Source: an uncultured Pelagibacteraceae bacterium
Lineage (GTDB): Bacteria > Pseudomonadota > Alphaproteobacteria > Pelagibacterales > AG-422-B15
Assembly (NCBI GenBank): GCA_902571005.1
Contig: CACGAG010000009.1
Location: 184 to 64,183 of the forward strand
Length of the DNA stretch: 64,000 nt
Direction of reading: 5' to 3'
How positions within the stretch are numbered: the first letter of the stretch is position 1; every line of letters starts with the position of its first letter. A program made the translations under genes and the position numbers. Shown in pieces: positions 33,648 to 46,877 of this stretch. The notes beneath the pieces were generated by a model. The model was given only the letters and a program-made list of their open reading frames with translations, ran no database searches and was not told the DNA's origin.

Positions 33648-35701
33648 TAAGTGAAGTACTTTCTTTTTTTCCTTTTATTTTTTTTATAAACTATATTGCT
33701 GTTGGATGGTAACTCTAATTCATTATTCTCAAGCCTTTTTATCTCATCTCTTAACTTAGCAGCTTCTTCAAAATTGAGATCATCAGCAAAATCCATCATA
33801 TTTTTCTTTAGTTCCTCAAGATGTTTTTTTAGATTATTTCCGACGAGATGTTTTTCTGTACTCTTCAAATCAACGTTTACACGATCATTTTCATAAATAC
33901 TTTCAAGAATATCACTAATATCCCTCTTTATAGTTTCAGGTGTAATATTATTTTCTTTGTTATATTGCTTTTGTATATCTCTTCTTCTGTCAGTCTCACT
34001 TATTGCTTTTTTTATACTTTCTGTTTCTTTATCAGCATACAGTATTACTCTTCCATCTACATTCCTTGCAGCTCTACCGATTGTCTGTACCAAAGATCTT
34101 TCCGATCTTAAGAAGCCTTCTTTATCAGCATCTAATATTGCGACTAAGGCACATTCAGGTATATCCAAACCTTCTCTAAGTAAATTGATACCCACTAAGA
34201 CGTCAAATAGTCCCTTTCTTAGGTCACGGATTATTTCAATCCTTTCTAATGTATCAATATCTGAATGCATATATTTTACTTTTATACCATTTTCATGCAT
34301 ATACTCCGATAAGTCCTCAGCCATGCGTTTAGTAAGTGTTGTCACCAGTACTCGGTATTTTAGATCAATAATTTTTTTACATTCTGATATTAAATCTTCA
34401 ACTTGAGTTTTTGCAGGCCTTATTTCAACCTCTGGATCAATCAATCCTGTTGGCCTTATTATTTGTTCAGTAAATACCCCTTGAGTTTTTTGCATTTCCC
34501 ATGGTCCTGGAGTAGCAGAAATGAATAAACTTTGAGGGCGCATCATTTCCCATTCCTCAAACTTCAATGGTCTGTTATCTAAACAAGATGGTAATCTAAA
34601 GCCATATTCTGATAGTGTTGTTTTTCTGCTTCGGTCACCTTTATACATGCCTTCTAATTGAGGCACTGTGACATGACTTTCATCAACAAAAAGAAGTGCA
34701 TTGTCAGGTAAGTATTCAAAAAGTGTTGGAGGCGGTTCGCCTGGATTCCTTCCAGAGAGATATCTTGAATAATTCTCAATGCCTGGACAACTGCCCGTTG
34801 CCTCAATCATTTCTAAATCAAACCTTGTTCTTTCTTCTATTCGTTGAGCCTCTATTAATTTATTTTCTTTTTTAAATTCAGGTATCCTTACTTCTAAATC
34901 TTTTCGTATTTGTTTTATGGCAGTATCAAGTGTTGGCCTTGGAGTGACGTAGTGACTGTTCGCATAAATTTTTATAGTTTCTAACTCAGCTGTCTTTTTT
35001 CCAGTCAATGGATCAAATTCACTAATCGACTCGAGGTCATCTCCAAATAATGATAATTTCCATGCGCGGTCTTCATAATGGGATGGAAAAACTTCAATCA
35101 AGTCTCCACGCACCCTAAATGTGCCTCTATGAAAATCGGTGTCGTTTCGGTTATATTGAAGCGTAATGAGTTTTTGAATAATTTCATTTCGTCCAATCTT
35201 TTGATTTTTTTCCAATCGAATAGTCATTGATCTATACGTTTCAACAGAACCTATTCCATATATACATGAAACACTTGCAACAATTACAACGTCTTTTCTC
35301 TCAAGTAAGGATTGAGTTGCCGAGTGTCTCATTCGATCGATTTGTTCATTTATTGATGCTTCTTTTTCAATGTAAGTATTTGACCTTGGTACGTATGCTT
35401 CAGGTATATAATAGTCATAATAAGATACAAAATATTCAACAGCATTGTCTGGAAAGAATGACTTCATTTCACCATACAATTGTGCCGCTAAAGTTTTATT
35501 TGGAGCAAGTATTAGAGTTGGCCTTTGAAGTTTTTCTATAATTTTAGCCATCGTGAAGGTTTTGCCTGATCCAGTTACTCCAAGCAAAACTTGTTCCATC
35601 TCATCGCCTTTTATGCTTTTAACAATCTCTTCAATTGCTTGAGGCTGATCTCCTGCAGGCTTGTATTCAGATGTGACTTTAAGAACTTCAGAATTTTGCA
35701 T
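33647..35701 (-). CDS. uvrB: Excinuclease ABC subunit B
   Basis: [27 protein letters not shown]-terminal UVR domain. Confidence 0.98.
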   Translation of the reverse strand: MQNSEVLKVTSEYKPAGDQPQAIEEIVKSIKGDEMEQVLLGVTGSGKTFTMAKIIEKLQRPTLILAPNKTLAAQLYGEMKSFFPDNAVEYFVSYYDYYIPEAYVPRSNTYIEKEASINEQIDRMRHSATQSLLERKDVVIVASVSCIYGIGSVETYRSMTIRLEKNQKIGRNEIIQKLITLQYNRNDTDFHRGTFRVRGDLIEVFPSHYEDRAWKLSLFGDDLESISEFDPLTGKKTAELETIKIYANSHYVTPRPTLDTAIKQIRKDLEVRIPEFKKENKLIEAQRIEERTRFDLEMIEATGSCPGIENYSRYLSGRNPGEPPPTLFEYLPDNALLFVDESHVTVPQLEGMYKGDRSRKTTLSEYGFRLPSCLDNRPLKFEEWEMMRPQSLFISATPGPWEMQKTQGVFTEQIIRPTGLIDPEVEIRPAKTQVEDLISECKKIIDLKYRVLVTTLTKRMAEDLSEYMHENGIKVKYMHSDIDTLERIEIIRDLRKGLFDVLVGINLLREGLDIPECALVAILDADKEGFLRSERSLVQTIGRAARNVDGRVILYADKETESIKKAISETDRRRDIQKQYNKENNITPETIKRDISDILESIYENDRVNVDLKSTEKHLVGNNLKKHLEELKKNMMDFADDLNFEEAAKLRDEIKRLENNELELPSNSNIVYKKNKRKKRKYFT

Positions 35702-35792
35702 TAATTTATCAATTAGTTAGAATATAAATTGTGTATTAATCTAATTTAATATAATAGCTGATTGTATAAATAACAAATACTGGGGATAAGCA

Positions 35793-36995
35793 ATGGTAGA
35801 ACTATCGCGTAGTATAAAAAGAATTAAGCCATCGGCCACCATGGCAGTGACCCAAAAAGCTCGTGAATTGAGGGCCGCAGGAAAGGATATTATAGGTTTA
35901 GGAGCGGGCGAACCTGATTTTGATACTCCGGAAAATATTAAAAAAGCAGCCATTCAGGCGATAAACGATGGAGATACCAAATATACCCCTGTTGATGGAA
36001 CTCCAGAACTGAAGAGTGCAATCAAAGCAAAATTTAAAAGAGAAAACAATTTAGATTACGAGCTTAATGAAATCTCCGTTGGTACAGGAGGAAAGCAAAT
36101 TATTTTTAATGCATTTGCTGTCTCCTTAAATGAGTCAGACGAAGTAATTATTCCAGCTCCTTATTGGGTGACCTACCCTGACGTTGTTAATTATTTTAAT
36201 GGAAAACCTATTTTTGTTCAATGTGGTGAAGAGTCAGGATTTAAGATTACTCCGCAACAACTTGAAAATACAATCAATCAATCAACCAAATGGTTTATTC
36301 TTAATTCACCATCAAACCCTACAGGTTCTTGTTATACAAAAAATGAACTTTTAGAACTTGCAAATGTTTTAAAAAAATATTCACACGTGAACATAATGAC
36401 AGACGATTTATATGAACATCTTATATACGATGATAATGAATTTCATACTTTTGCAAGCATTGCTCCAGAACTTAAAGAGAGAATATTAACATTGAACGGA
36501 GTTAGTAAGGCATATGCTATGACAGGCTGGAGAATTGGTTATGCGGGAGGAAATGCCAGCTTAATTAAAGCCATGGGCAAGCTTCAGTCTCAATCAACAA
36601 GCAATCCAACATCTATCAGTCAAGCTGCAGCAGTTGAAGCTTTAAATGGAGATGATTCATTCATTGCTGAAAGAGCCAAAGTATTTAAAGGTAGACGTGA
36701 TTTTCTAATCAATGAACTTACTAGTATGAATGGAATTACTTGTAGAGTACCTGAAGGTGCATTTTATGTTTTTCCTTCATGTAAAGGAGTAATTGGTAAA
36801 GTTGATGAGTCGAATAACAAAATTACAAATGATGAAGAATTTACGACATCATTATTAGAGCATGCTGGAGTTGCTGTTGTTCAAGGTTCAGCTTTTGGTT
36901 TGGAGGGCTATTTTAGAATTTCTTATGCAACTTCAGACGAAAACTTAAAAAATGCATGCTTACGAATGAGAGATTTTCTCAATAAATTAAGATAA
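35793..36995 (+). CDS. Aspartate aminotransferase (class I PLP)
   Basis: GEPDFDTP, NSPSNPTG, DDLYEH, SKAYAMTGWRIG. Confidence 0.92.
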   Translation: MVELSRSIKRIKPSATMAVTQKARELRAAGKDIIGLGAGEPDFDTPENIKKAAIQAINDGDTKYTPVDGTPELKSAIKAKFKRENNLDYELNEISVGTGGKQIIFNAFAVSLNESDEVIIPAPYWVTYPDVVNYFNGKPIFVQCGEESGFKITPQQLENTINQSTKWFILNSPSNPTGSCYTKNELLELANVLKKYSHVNIMTDDLYEHLIYDDNEFHTFASIAPELKERILTLNGVSKAYAMTGWRIGYAGGNASLIKAMGKLQSQSTSNPTSISQAAAVEALNGDDSFIAERAKVFKGRRDFLINELTSMNGITCRVPEGAFYVFPSCKGVIGKVDESNNKITNDEEFTTSLLEHAGVAVVQGSAFGLEGYFRISYATSDENLKNACLRMRDFLNKLR

Positions 36996-37919
36996 TTCAG
37001 CTAGGTATTTTTCTGCTTCAAGCGCTGCCATACAACCCATACCAGCTGCAGTAACTGCCTGACGATAGATTTTATCCTTTACATCTCCTGCTGCATATAC
37101 ACCTTCAACATTTGTAAGTGTTGAGTCAGGTTTTGTAATTATATATCCATCTTCATCCATTTCGACTTGGTCCCTAAAAATTTGAGTAGCCGGATCATGG
37201 CCTATAGCAACAAAGACACCGTCTAGTTCAATGCTGCTGGTTTCATTAGTTTTTGTATTTTTAATGTTTATACTTTTAACGTTTAGAGGATCTTCATCGC
37301 CAACTATTTCTTTTAGTTCGCTATCCCATACACATTCAACTTTTTCATTTTTAAACAATCTATCTTGAAGAATTTTTTCTGCTCGAAGTTTATCACGCCT
37401 GTGAACAAGGTACACTTTAGATGCAAAGTTTGTTAAATATAAAGCTTCCTCAACAGCTGAATTACCACCGCCGATGACTGCTACCTTTTTTTCCTTAAAA
37501 AAGAAGCCATCACAAGTTGCACAAGCTGAAACGCCATATCCCTGAAATTTTTTTTCAGAGTCTAATCCTAGCCATCTTGCTTGAGCTCCTGTTGAGATAA
37601 TCACTGAGTCGGCAGTATATTCAGTTCCCGACTCGCTAATAGCCTTAAATGGCTTACATTTAAAGTCTACACTTTTTATAATGTCATTTATAATATTTGT
37701 TCCAACATTTTTTGCTTGTTCTTGCATTTGTTCCATTAACCATGGACCCTGTATTACATCCCCGTAGCCAGGATAGTTTTCAACATCTGTTGTTATAGTA
37801 AGTTGCCCACCTGGCTGCAAACCTTGAACTAAAGTCGGCTCAAGCATTGCCCTTGCCGCATATATTGCAGCAGTATATCCTGCAGGACCTGAACCTATTA
37901 TTAGAACTTTTGAATGCAT
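36987..37919 (-). CDS. trxB: Thioredoxin reductase
   Basis: IIGSGPAGYTAA, SACATCDGFF, GGGNSA, RQAVTAAG. Confidence 0.97.
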   Translation of the reverse strand: MHSKVLIIGSGPAGYTAAIYAARAMLEPTLVQGLQPGGQLTITTDVENYPGYGDVIQGPWLMEQMQEQAKNVGTNIINDIIKSVDFKCKPFKAISESGTEYTADSVIISTGAQARWLGLDSEKKFQGYGVSACATCDGFFFKEKKVAVIGGGNSAVEEALYLTNFASKVYLVHRRDKLRAEKILQDRLFKNEKVECVWDSELKEIVGDEDPLNVKSINIKNTKTNETSSIELDGVFVAIGHDPATQIFRDQVEMDEDGYIITKPDSTLTNVEGVYAAGDVKDKIYRQAVTAAGMGCMAALEAEKYLAELS

Positions 37920-37991
37920 TTAATTTTTATAATCTATATATTATCTTCTAGTAATTAAAGAACTTTTGTATTCAACATAGATAGTTATTAA

Positions 37992-38966
37992 ATGACCAAT
38001 TTCAAGAATTTGAGAGCGTGGTGCCTAACAGATGGATCAGCAGGAATGATCAGTCAGGTCAAAGGCCTTGCAGATGCTCTTAATTTAAATTTTGAGCAAA
38101 AGACAATAGATTTAAAATTTCCTTGGAATAAGCTTCCAGTCGGAATATTGCCACCATCCAAAATTATATTTAATAATTACAGACAAATAAGCTTAGAAAG
38201 TAATATTCCTCCAGATATTATTATATCATGTGGCAAGAGGTCTATTTATGCATCTTTACATCTCAAAAAATCATTAAAAAATAAAGTCTTTTCAATTCAC
38301 ATACAAAATCCAAAAATCAACCCAGCTCATTTTGATTTGGTTGTCGCTCCAGCACATGATGATTTAAAAGGTAAAAATGTGCTTCAAACTGATTTGGCTC
38401 TTAATCATATAAACAAAAGTCTACTGAGCAAAGAGGCTGAGCTTTACGCAGCTCAATTCTCAAAAATAGAAAAACCTATTTGTGCGATTTTTTTAGGAGG
38501 TCAAAACAGAAACTATCGCTTCGATATATCTGTTGTTAAGGTATTAGCTGATCAAGTTGATAAAATTATTAAAAATAATGACATTCAGCTATACATTTTA
38601 TTTTCAAGAAGAACTGATCAATTTATTATCGAATACCTGAAAGAACGATTTTTGAATCAGAATATTATTTGGAACGGCGAAGGTAATCCTTATTTAGCCT
38701 TAATGAAGTTTTCTAAATATATTATTTGTACATCTGACTCTGTTTCAATAATTTCAGAATCTATATCTTCAACTAAACCAGTATATATTTTTAAACTTCC
38801 AAGCTTAAAAAAAAATAACAGAATAGAAAAATTTATTACAATGCTATCGCAAAAAAATTACGCAAGGCTTTTAGGAGAAAAACTCGAAGACTTTACAAAT
38901 TCATATGAAAATGAGACCTTCCAAGTAGCCAGAATGATTCAAGAAAGGTATAATAAAAAAGCATGA
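37992..38966 (+). CDS. ELM1 (mitochondrial fission ELM1-like) family protein
   Basis: DGSAGMISQ, HIQNP, FDLVVAPAHD, NPY, TSDSVS..SE. Confidence 0.82.
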   Translation: MTNFKNLRAWCLTDGSAGMISQVKGLADALNLNFEQKTIDLKFPWNKLPVGILPPSKIIFNNYRQISLESNIPPDIIISCGKRSIYASLHLKKSLKNKVFSIHIQNPKINPAHFDLVVAPAHDDLKGKNVLQTDLALNHINKSLLSKEAELYAAQFSKIEKPICAIFLGGQNRNYRFDISVVKVLADQVDKIIKNNDIQLYILFSRRTDQFIIEYLKERFLNQNIIWNGEGNPYLALMKFSKYIICTSDSVSIISESISSTKPVYIFKLPSLKKNNRIEKFITMLSQKNYARLLGEKLEDFTNSYENETFQVARMIQERYNKKA

Positions 38967-39589
38967 CATTAATCAATGCTTTGAAAAACAATTTATCACA
39001 TTCCAATGTACCTTTTAATCATTGGATAATTAACAATCCTCTTTCAGAAAAAGCAATAGATGAAATTTATTCTATTAATTTTCCCGAAGGTAAAGTTATT
39101 TTCGATGGTACAAGAGCAGGAGATAAAACAGGGGATAACTTACTTAGTAAGTTAAGAATATTTATTAATAAAGATAATGCAGAAAAATATTCTGAATTAA
39201 CTAGATTGGTAAAAGAAATGCAATCAAAAGAATGTACTGACTTCATTTCTAATCTAATCAATAGAGATCTAAAAAATTCTTACGTTAGATTAGAAGTCAT
39301 TGCCGATCGAGATGGATTTTGGCTTGAACCTCACTGTGACATTAAGGAAAAATTAATGTCATCAATTTTGTTTGTAAACAGATACGGAGAAAATGAAAAT
39401 TTAGGAACAGACTTTTATACTCCAGATTTGAAAGTTGCTAAAACTCTACCTTATAAAAATAATACAGGGTATATTTTTACTTCAGAAGAAAACTCTTGGC
39501 ATGGACTTGAAAAGAAAAAAATTAAAAAAGAAAGACGCTGCTTGCAATTAAATTATGTTACCTTTGTAACAGAGTGGCCAGTAGACTGA
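38963..39589 (+). CDS. 2OG-Fe(II) oxygenase-like protein
   Basis: WLEPHCD (HxD), WHG, RRCLQLNYV. Confidence 0.78.
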   Translation: MTLINALKNNLSHSNVPFNHWIINNPLSEKAIDEIYSINFPEGKVIFDGTRAGDKTGDNLLSKLRIFINKDNAEKYSELTRLVKEMQSKECTDFISNLINRDLKNSYVRLEVIADRDGFWLEPHCDIKEKLMSSILFVNRYGENENLGTDFYTPDLKVAKTLPYKNNTGYIFTSEENSWHGLEKKKIKKERRCLQLNYVTFVTEWPVD

Positions 39590-40059
39590 TGGTAAAAAAA
39601 GAAATTGATAACGTTGATCTAAAAATACTTCGAATACTTCAAGATGAAGGAAGAATTTCAAATCTAGATTTGTCTAAGAAAATTGAAATGTCCCCACCGC
39701 CTACACTAAGAAGAGTAAGAGACTTAGAAGATAATGGGTATATTGATGGTTTTCGCGCAAATCTAGATCCATCAAAGCTTGGATATGACTTAGTAGCATG
39801 GATATTTGTCAGTTTAAAAAATCAAAATGAAGAAAGTTTGGGTTCTTTTGAAAAGCTGGTTTGGGGTTGGGAGCCTATTAGAGAATGTTTTATGCTAAAC
39901 GGTGAAATAGATTTTATTCTAAAATGTGTAGTGAAAAATATGAATGAATTTAATAATTTCTTAACAACACATGTGACTTCAAATGAAAATATTTTGAGTG
40001 TTAAAACAGCGTTTGTCATAAAAAATACAAAGAAACTAGGCACTGTTCCTTTAGATTAG
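39589..40059 (+). CDS. Lrp/AsnC-family transcriptional regulator
   Basis: [41 protein letters not shown]; TGATG coupling places the start at 39589. Confidence 0.92.
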   Translation: MVKKEIDNVDLKILRILQDEGRISNLDLSKKIEMSPPPTLRRVRDLEDNGYIDGFRANLDPSKLGYDLVAWIFVSLKNQNEESLGSFEKLVWGWEPIRECFMLNGEIDFILKCVVKNMNEFNNFLTTHVTSNENILSVKTAFVIKNTKKLGTVPLD

Positions 40060-43000
40060 TGAAATTTGGTTATAGGGTTAACTTCCAATTGATTATTTCT
40101 TAATTCTTTAATTGAATTAATAGCAGCCCTTGCACCAGATACCGTGAGAAAGTATGGCAAACTTTTCATGAGAGCAGTTCTTCTTATGCCAAAGGAGTCA
40201 TTAATTGATTTTCTTCCTTCAGTTGTATTAATTATTATATCAACTTTGTCATCAATTAACTCTTCAACAATATGTGGTGATCCTTGAGAAACCTTGTTGA
40301 TTTTCTTAACCTTAACACCACCCTCAATCAAATAATCAGCTGTTCCTGCAGTCGCATTCACTTGAAATCCTAATTTTTGAAAGGATCTTATAATTGGAAG
40401 TATTTTTGGTTTATCAGAATCTTTTACAGATACGAATAAAGAACCTTTCCTAGGAAGAGGGTTAGAGGAGGCTAACTGACATTTGATAAAAGCTGACTCA
40501 AATGACTTATCTATGGCCATTACCTCCCCAGTAGATTTCATTTCAGGGCCTAAGATGGTATCAACATTAGGAAAGCGTTTAAAAGGAAATACAGGTTCTT
40601 TAATTGAGATACAATTAGTTTTACCAATTTTAAATTTATCTTTATTCAACGGTTTTCCCATTGCTGCACTGAGTGCTATTTTTACAATTGGATTACCCGT
40701 GGCTTTAGCTACAAACGGTACAGTACGACTGCTTCTAGGGTTAACTTCAAGCAGGAATATATTATTATTTTGAATTGCAAATTGTATATTTAGTAAGCCC
40801 TTCACCCTCAGCGCAATGGCTAATTTTTTGGTCTGCTTTTCTATATCTTTAATGATTTTTTCCGACAATGAGTAAGGAGGCAACGTGCATGTTGAGTCAC
40901 CAGAATGGATTCCTGCTTCCTCAATATGTTCCATAATACCCGCAATAATGACTTTTTTTCCATCAGATACAGCATCGACATCTACTTCAATTGAGTCTTT
41001 CAAATAGTGATCAATTAGAACAGGGCTTTTACCACTAACTACTACAGCTTCTTTGAAGTATTTTTTTAATTCATCCTCATTGTGAACAATTTCCATAGCT
41101 CTTCCGCCTAATACATATGATGGCCTGATCACTGCTGGAAAACCAATCTTCTTAATTACTGAGTTTGCTTCTTTTTCAGAATATGCGATACCATTTGCCG
41201 GTTGCAATAGATTTAAGTTTTCGGAAATCTTTTTAAATTTTTCTCTATCCTCAGCAGTGTCAATCGACTCAGTTGAAGTACCCAAAATTGGTATATTCAT
41301 TTTATTTAAATAGTCAGACAACTTGAGAGGCGTCTGACCACCGAATTGAACAATAACCCCTAAAAGATTACCTTTGCTTTTTTCCTTTCTAATAATTTCA
41401 TATACATTTTCATTCGTAAGGGGTTCAAAATAAAGTCTGTCACTGGTATCCGGGTCGGTAGAGACTGTCTCTGGATTACAGTTGATCATGATTGTTTCAT
41501 ATTTTAATTCTTTTAGGGCAAATGAAGCATGACAGCAGCAATAATCAAATTCAACACCTTGTCCAATTCGATTTGGACCACTTCCAAGAATAATTACCTT
41601 TTTTCTACTTGTTGGACTGGATTCGCATGCATCACTATTTAAAGAATTTTTAGCGTAAGTTGAGTACATGTATGGAGTCTTAGCTTCAAACTCTGCAGCA
41701 CAGGTATCTATTCTTTTGAAGTCAGGAAAAATTTTGTTTTTGACACGCAAATTAAAAATTTTCTCTTCCTTAGTATTACAGAGCTGTGATATTTTTTTAT
41801 CTGAAAATCCCAAAGATTTTATTCTAAGCAATTCTTTAGCGTTTAGTGGCAATCCTTTTTTTAGGGTTTTTTCCGTATCCACTATCCTTTTTATTTGACC
41901 AATAAACCAAGGATCAACTTTTGAGGACTTATGAATTTGAACTATATCTAATCCAAAACGTAATGCCTGAGCCACTAATAATAGTTTATCTGCAAGAGGT
42001 TTCTTAAGTTCAGATAAAATATTTTTCTTTGTGAGCTTTTTTTTATTCATACTTAAAGTTACTTCGTCTAATCCGTCTAAACCAGTTTCAAGCGACCTCA
42101 TTGCTTTTTGCAATGACTCTGGAAATGACCTCCCAATAGCCATGACTTCACCAACAGATTTCATTGAACTTGATAGTAAAGGTTGCGTTAATTGAAATTT
42201 TTCAAAGGTAAATCTTGGAATTTTTGTAACCACATAGTCAATTGTTGGTTCAAACGATGCAGGTGTAACTTTTGTAATTTCGTTAGTAAGTTCATCTAAT
42301 GTATACCCAACTGCTAATTTAGCGGCAACTTTGGCAATTGGAAAGCCCGTTGCTTTTGAAGCTAAAGCAGATGATCTAGAAACTCTTGGGTTCATTTCAA
42401 TAATTACAAGCCTTCCATTTTTTGGATTAACGGCAAATTGAACATTAGAGCCTCCAGTTTCAACACCAATTTCTCTGAGACATGCAATGGATGCGTTTCT
42501 CATAATTTGATACTCTTTATCAGTTAAAGTAAGAGCAGGAGCTATTGTTATTGAGTCGCCTGTATGAACTCCCATGGGGTCTACATTTTCAATTGAGCAT
42601 ATGATTATACAATTATCGTTTTTGTCTCTCACAACTTCCATTTCGAATTCTTTCCATCCAGCTACAGACTCTTCAATTAAAATTTCATTTATCGGTGAGT
42701 TATAAAGTCCAGAATTTGCGATTTCCTCAAACTGTTTCTCGCTGGTTGCGATTCCTCCACCCGTGCCTCCAAGTGTGAACGATGGTCTTATGATGACGGG
42801 TAATCCAATTTTCTTTAGAGCCTTTTTTGCATCTTTAAAATTTCTAGCAATCTCTGCTCTTGGACATTCTAAGCCAATCTTAGTCATGGCTTTATAAAAA
42901 CTTTCTCTTTCTTCTGCCTTTTTGATTGCTTTAAGATTTGCACCAATTAGTTCAACTTTATACTTTTTTAAAGTTCCATTTTTCGAAAGTTCAATTGCTA

Positions 43001-43292
43001 TATTTAATGCTGTCTGACCACCCATTGTAGGTAGAAGTACATCGGGTCTTTCTTTCTTAATTATTTTTGCAACAATCTCAGGCGTGATTGGTTCTATGTA
43101 TACTACATCCGCAGTGTCAGGATCAGTCATTATAGTTGCAGGATTTGAATTAATTAGAATTACTTTATACCCCTCTTCTCGTAATGCCTTACAAGCCTGC
43201 GTTCCTGAATAATCGAACTCACATGCTTGACCTATTATTATTGGACCAGCTCCTACAATTAAAATAGATTTTATGTCTTTTCTCTTAGGCAT
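40056..43292 (-). CDS. carB: Carbamoyl-phosphate synthase large subunit
   Basis: [17 protein letters not shown], two ATP-grasp domains, MGS domain. Confidence 0.98.
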   Translation of the reverse strand: MPKRKDIKSILIVGAGPIIIGQACEFDYSGTQACKALREEGYKVILINSNPATIMTDPDTADVVYIEPITPEIVAKIIKKERPDVLLPTMGGQTALNIAIELSKNGTLKKYKVELIGANLKAIKKAEERESFYKAMTKIGLECPRAEIARNFKDAKKALKKIGLPVIIRPSFTLGGTGGGIATSEKQFEEIANSGLYNSPINEILIEESVAGWKEFEMEVVRDKNDNCIIICSIENVDPMGVHTGDSITIAPALTLTDKEYQIMRNASIACLREIGVETGGSNVQFAVNPKNGRLVIIEMNPRVSRSSALASKATGFPIAKVAAKLAVGYTLDELTNEITKVTPASFEPTIDYVVTKIPRFTFEKFQLTQPLLSSSMKSVGEVMAIGRSFPESLQKAMRSLETGLDGLDEVTLSMNKKKLTKKNILSELKKPLADKLLLVAQALRFGLDIVQIHKSSKVDPWFIGQIKRIVDTEKTLKKGLPLNAKELLRIKSLGFSDKKISQLCNTKEEKIFNLRVKNKIFPDFKRIDTCAAEFEAKTPYMYSTYAKNSLNSDACESSPTSRKKVIILGSGPNRIGQGVEFDYCCCHASFALKELKYETIMINCNPETVSTDPDTSDRLYFEPLTNENVYEIIRKEKSKGNLLGVIVQFGGQTPLKLSDYLNKMNIPILGTSTESIDTAEDREKFKKISENLNLLQPANGIAYSEKEANSVIKKIGFPAVIRPSYVLGGRAMEIVHNEDELKKYFKEAVVVSGKSPVLIDHYLKDSIEVDVDAVSDGKKVIIAGIMEHIEEAGIHSGDSTCTLPPYSLSEKIIKDIEKQTKKLAIALRVKGLLNIQFAIQNNNIFLLEVNPRSSRTVPFVAKATGNPIVKIALSAAMGKPLNKDKFKIGKTNCISIKEPVFPFKRFPNVDTILGPEMKSTGEVMAIDKSFESAFIKCQLASSNPLPRKGSLFVSVKDSDKPKILPIIRSFQKLGFQVNATAGTADYLIEGGVKVKKINKVSQGSPHIVEELIDDKVDIIINTTEGRKSINDSFGIRRTALMKSLPYFLTVSGARAAINSIKELRNNQLEVNPITKFH

Positions 43293-44433
43293 TCTGATTA
43301 ATCATTTTTTTAAATTCTTGAAAAAGATAATGACTATCGTGCGGACCTGGGCTTGCTTCAGGGTGATATTGCACCGCAAATATATTTTTTCCTTTTCTTA
43401 TACCTTCAATACTTCCATCGAATAATGATTTATGTGTTATTTTCACGTCTTTTGGAATAGATTTTTCGGTTACTTCAAAACCATGGTTTTGAGATGTGAT
43501 CTCTACTTTTTCCGTTTCAAGATTTTTAACTGGATGATTGGCCCCTCTGTGACCTTGAAACATTTTTTTTGTCTTTGCTCCTAATGCTAAAGAAATAAGT
43601 TGATGACCAAGACATATACCAAATAGTGGGATTCTTGATTTGATAAGTTTTTTTATAATTGGAATAGCGTATTTTCCTGTTGCTTTTGGATCACCTGGAC
43701 CATTGGAAAGAAAAATTCCATTAGGACTATAAGAAAGTATTTTTTCTACAGAAGTTTTAGCTGGCACTAAAATAACTTCTAAATTTAAATCTAGTAAGCA
43801 GTTTAATATATTTTTCTTAATTCCATAATCTATTGCTACAACTTTGAGTTTTGAACTTTTTTTAGATTTATAAATTTTTATGTCCTTACGTGACACATCG
43901 ATAGCTAGATCAAGTCCATTAAGTCCCTTCCATTTTTTTATTTCATTTAAACAGGATGCGGTCTTTTTTTTGTTTATTGGACCTTCGATAATGCCACCTT
44001 TCGGCGCACCTTTAGAACGGATTCTATTTGTAATTAGTCTGGTATCAATATTACAAATACCTGGTACGTTGTTTTTTTTAAGCCACGCATCAAGATGAAG
44101 GATAGATCTATAGTTTGATGGATCAGAAATATCACAGTTAATTATGATTCCTTTCGCATACGGTTTACTAGACTCGTTATCATCAAGATTTGTACCTACA
44201 TTACCAATGTGAGGAAAAGTAAAATTGATTATTTGTCCTGCATAAGAAGGGTCAGTTATTATTTCTTGATAGCCTGTCATTGAGGTATTAAAACAAACTT
44301 CTCCTATTTCCATATTAGGAGAGCCAATTTTTAGTCCATTAAATCGGGATCCATCTTCAAGTATAAGTTGGCCTTCAATAGGTTTAGGTCGAGTTGTTGA
44401 GAGATCTTTTTTCAACCTTTTCGCATTAGCCAT
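43285..44433 (-). CDS. carA: Carbamoyl-phosphate synthase small subunit
   Basis: [35 protein letters not shown]. Confidence 0.98.
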   Translation of the reverse strand: MANAKRLKKDLSTTRPKPIEGQLILEDGSRFNGLKIGSPNMEIGEVCFNTSMTGYQEIITDPSYAGQIINFTFPHIGNVGTNLDDNESSKPYAKGIIINCDISDPSNYRSILHLDAWLKKNNVPGICNIDTRLITNRIRSKGAPKGGIIEGPINKKKTASCLNEIKKWKGLNGLDLAIDVSRKDIKIYKSKKSSKLKVVAIDYGIKKNILNCLLDLNLEVILVPAKTSVEKILSYSPNGIFLSNGPGDPKATGKYAIPIIKKLIKSRIPLFGICLGHQLISLALGAKTKKMFQGHRGANHPVKNLETEKVEITSQNHGFEVTEKSIPKDVKITHKSLFDGSIEGIRKGKNIFAVQYHPEASPGPHDSHYLFQEFKKMINQNA

Positions 44434-44564
44434 ATGTAGTGATTCTAGATTTATAGAAATTTAGTGCAAATGGGGAATTCATGCAATAGTTAGATAAGAT
44501 AATAAATATTAGATCTATTATTGCCACAATATATCTGATGATGTAAATATTATGTTTATCTCAA

Positions 44565-45023
44565 ATGAAAGAAAACATCACAACCGAATTGTCTAATGCT
44601 CTCAAAAATGGGGATAAAAACAGAATCCATACATTAAGACTAGTACTAGCTGCTATTAAAGATAAAGAAATTGCAAGTCGTTCCTCGGGGGAAGATTCTA
44701 CAATTTCAGATGATACAGTTATTAGTCTTCTCAAAAAAATGGTTAAGCAAAGAAACGATTCGATTGATATGTTTAAAAAAGCTGGACGAGATGAACTTGT
44801 TCAGAAAGAAAATAGCGAGATTGATATTATTAGTGAGTTTCTTCCTAAGCAACTTGGTGAGGAAGAGACTGCGGTAGCTTGTGAAGAAGCGATTGGTGCA
44901 ACTGAAGCAAAATCACTAAAGGAAATAGGAAAAGTGATAAAGTATTTGAAGGAAAATAGTTCACCAGCTCTTGATATTTCTTTAGCAAGTAAAATTATAA
45001 AGGAAAAACTACAAAATTTATAG
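44565..45023 (+). CDS. GatB/YqeY domain protein
   Basis: TLRLVLAAIK, KMVKQRNDSI, FLPKQL; upstream of dnaG. Confidence 0.9.
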   Translation: MKENITTELSNALKNGDKNRIHTLRLVLAAIKDKEIASRSSGEDSTISDDTVISLLKKMVKQRNDSIDMFKKAGRDELVQKENSEIDIISEFLPKQLGEEETAVACEEAIGATEAKSLKEIGKVIKYLKENSSPALDISLASKIIKEKLQNL

Positions 45024-45070
45024 ATACTTGATAGTTATTCCTAACTATATTCAAGTAATATATTTTATTT

Positions 45071-46876
45071 ATGCCTAGATATTCAAAAGAGTTTATTGGA
45101 GAAATTAAATCAAGATTACGTGTATCAGATGTTATTGGAAAGTTTGTAAAACTTACTCAAAGAGGAAACGAGTTTGTTGGGCTAAGTCCTTTTAAAAATG
45201 AAAAAACACCTTCATTCACTGTCAACGATGAAAAAGAATTCTTTCATTGTTTCAGTAGCGCTGAACATGGCGATATATTCTCTTTTTTAATGAAACATAA
45301 AAATATGTCTTATCCAGAGTCAATTGAATATTTAGCAAACCAAGCAGGTTTGAATCCTGAAACTGGTATCATTAGAGATCCAAATTACGTAGAAAAAGAT
45401 TTTTCAAGCTTAAAAAAAATAATTAACGAAGCAAACAATTATTTTAAGAACCAACTAAGAGCTAGTTCAGAAGCTCAAAAGTATATCGATAAAAGATCAA
45501 TTGATGAGAATATAATTCAAAAATTTGAATTAGGCTATTCTGGCAATGGCAATAATAATTTATATAACCATTTTAAAAAAATAGGATTGAACATTGATGA
45601 CGCAATCTCTATCGGTCTAATTAAAAAATCAAATAAGAAAAAAGATGAGTTTTATGATTTCTTTCGTAATCGCTTTATGTTTCCAATTAAAGATTATAAA
45701 TCAAACGTAATTGCTTTTGGAGGAAGGGCTCTAGATAATTCCAACATAAAATATATAAATTCATCTGATAGTCCAATTTTCAAAAAAAGTTTTCAACTTT
45801 ATAATTTAAATCTTGCAATTGAAGAAAATAGAAAACCAAGAAATTTAATTATTGTTGAAGGATATATGGATGTTATCACGCTATATCAAAATAACTTTAA
45901 ATCATCTGTGGCACCATTAGGTACAGCGCTCACAAGTTACCAACTTGAACGAGCTTGGAAAGTTTGTCAAAACCCTATAATCATGTTTGATGGAGATGAA
46001 GCTGGTCAAAAAGCAGCACAGAGAGTTGCATTACTTGCATTGAATAATTTATTACCTGATCATTCCCTTCGATTTTGTTTATTGCCTAAAGATTATGATC
46101 CAGATGATTATTTAAATAAGAATAGCCCATCAAGTTTGCAAGATATTATTGATAATTCTCTATCATTATCTGAATTTATTTGGGGTACAGAACTTGAAAA
46201 AGAAGATATTTCCATACCCGAAAAAAAAGCTGGTTTTGAAAAAAGGATAAGAATACTTACAAACAAAATAAATAACAAAACAGTACGTGAATATTATAAC
46301 AAATTTTTTAATGATAAATTAAGTGAACTAAAATTTAATAGGAATATTTCCTACGATGTAAATTATCAAAGGAAAAAAAACAGAATTTCTAGTGAAATGC
46401 TTGCCAGTGACAGAGTTAAAAAGCAAAGCCATGAGTCTGTTGTTCGTGAGAAAATCATATTAATCTGCTTAATTGAGAATCCGTTCTTGATTGCGAAGTA
46501 CTCAGAAGAATTAGGAAAAATTCACTTTAATGATCTTAATTTGTCATCATTGGTATCTGAAATCCTTGAATTCTCTGCTTCTAATGTTGATAAAGAGCTT
46601 GAAAACTTTGATTTAAAGTCTTATTTAATTAATAGGGGATTAAATCAGGAGATTACATATATATTTCAACCAAAGCTACTAAGCACTTATAGCTCTATAA
46701 TTAAGAATGAAAAAGTAGAGGTAGAAAGAAGCTTTACCAGTCTGTTAGACTTACATAAAAATTTAATTGAAGAAAGTGACCTAGACATTGCTCTTAATGA
46801 TCTCGAGGAAAAGATGGACGAAAAAAGCTTTGAAAATTTTATGAGAATAAAAAAAGAAAGCATAAGTAAAAACTAA
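45071..46876 (+). CDS. dnaG: DNA primase
   Basis: Zn-finger region [13 protein letters not shown]...FHCFSS, FGGR, KYINS, TOPRIM VEGYMDV, FDGDEAG, DPDD. Confidence 0.96.
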   Translation: MPRYSKEFIGEIKSRLRVSDVIGKFVKLTQRGNEFVGLSPFKNEKTPSFTVNDEKEFFHCFSSAEHGDIFSFLMKHKNMSYPESIEYLANQAGLNPETGIIRDPNYVEKDFSSLKKIINEANNYFKNQLRASSEAQKYIDKRSIDENIIQKFELGYSGNGNNNLYNHFKKIGLNIDDAISIGLIKKSNKKKDEFYDFFRNRFMFPIKDYKSNVIAFGGRALDNSNIKYINSSDSPIFKKSFQLYNLNLAIEENRKPRNLIIVEGYMDVITLYQNNFKSSVAPLGTALTSYQLERAWKVCQNPIIMFDGDEAGQKAAQRVALLALNNLLPDHSLRFCLLPKDYDPDDYLNKNSPSSLQDIIDNSLSLSEFIWGTELEKEDISIPEKKAGFEKRIRILTNKINNKTVREYYNKFFNDKLSELKFNRNISYDVNYQRKKNRISSEMLASDRVKKQSHESVVREKIILICLIENPFLIAKYSEELGKIHFNDLNLSSLVSEILEFSASNVDKELENFDLKSYLINRGLNQEITYIFQPKLLSTYSSIIKNEKVEVERSFTSLLDLHKNLIEESDLDIALNDLEEKMDEKSFENFMRIKKESISKN

Positions 46877-46877
46877 A

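Noticed and set aside
35702-35792. LexA (GTTC-N7-GTTC) box upstream of uvrB
   Set aside because: No such motif is present in the spacer.
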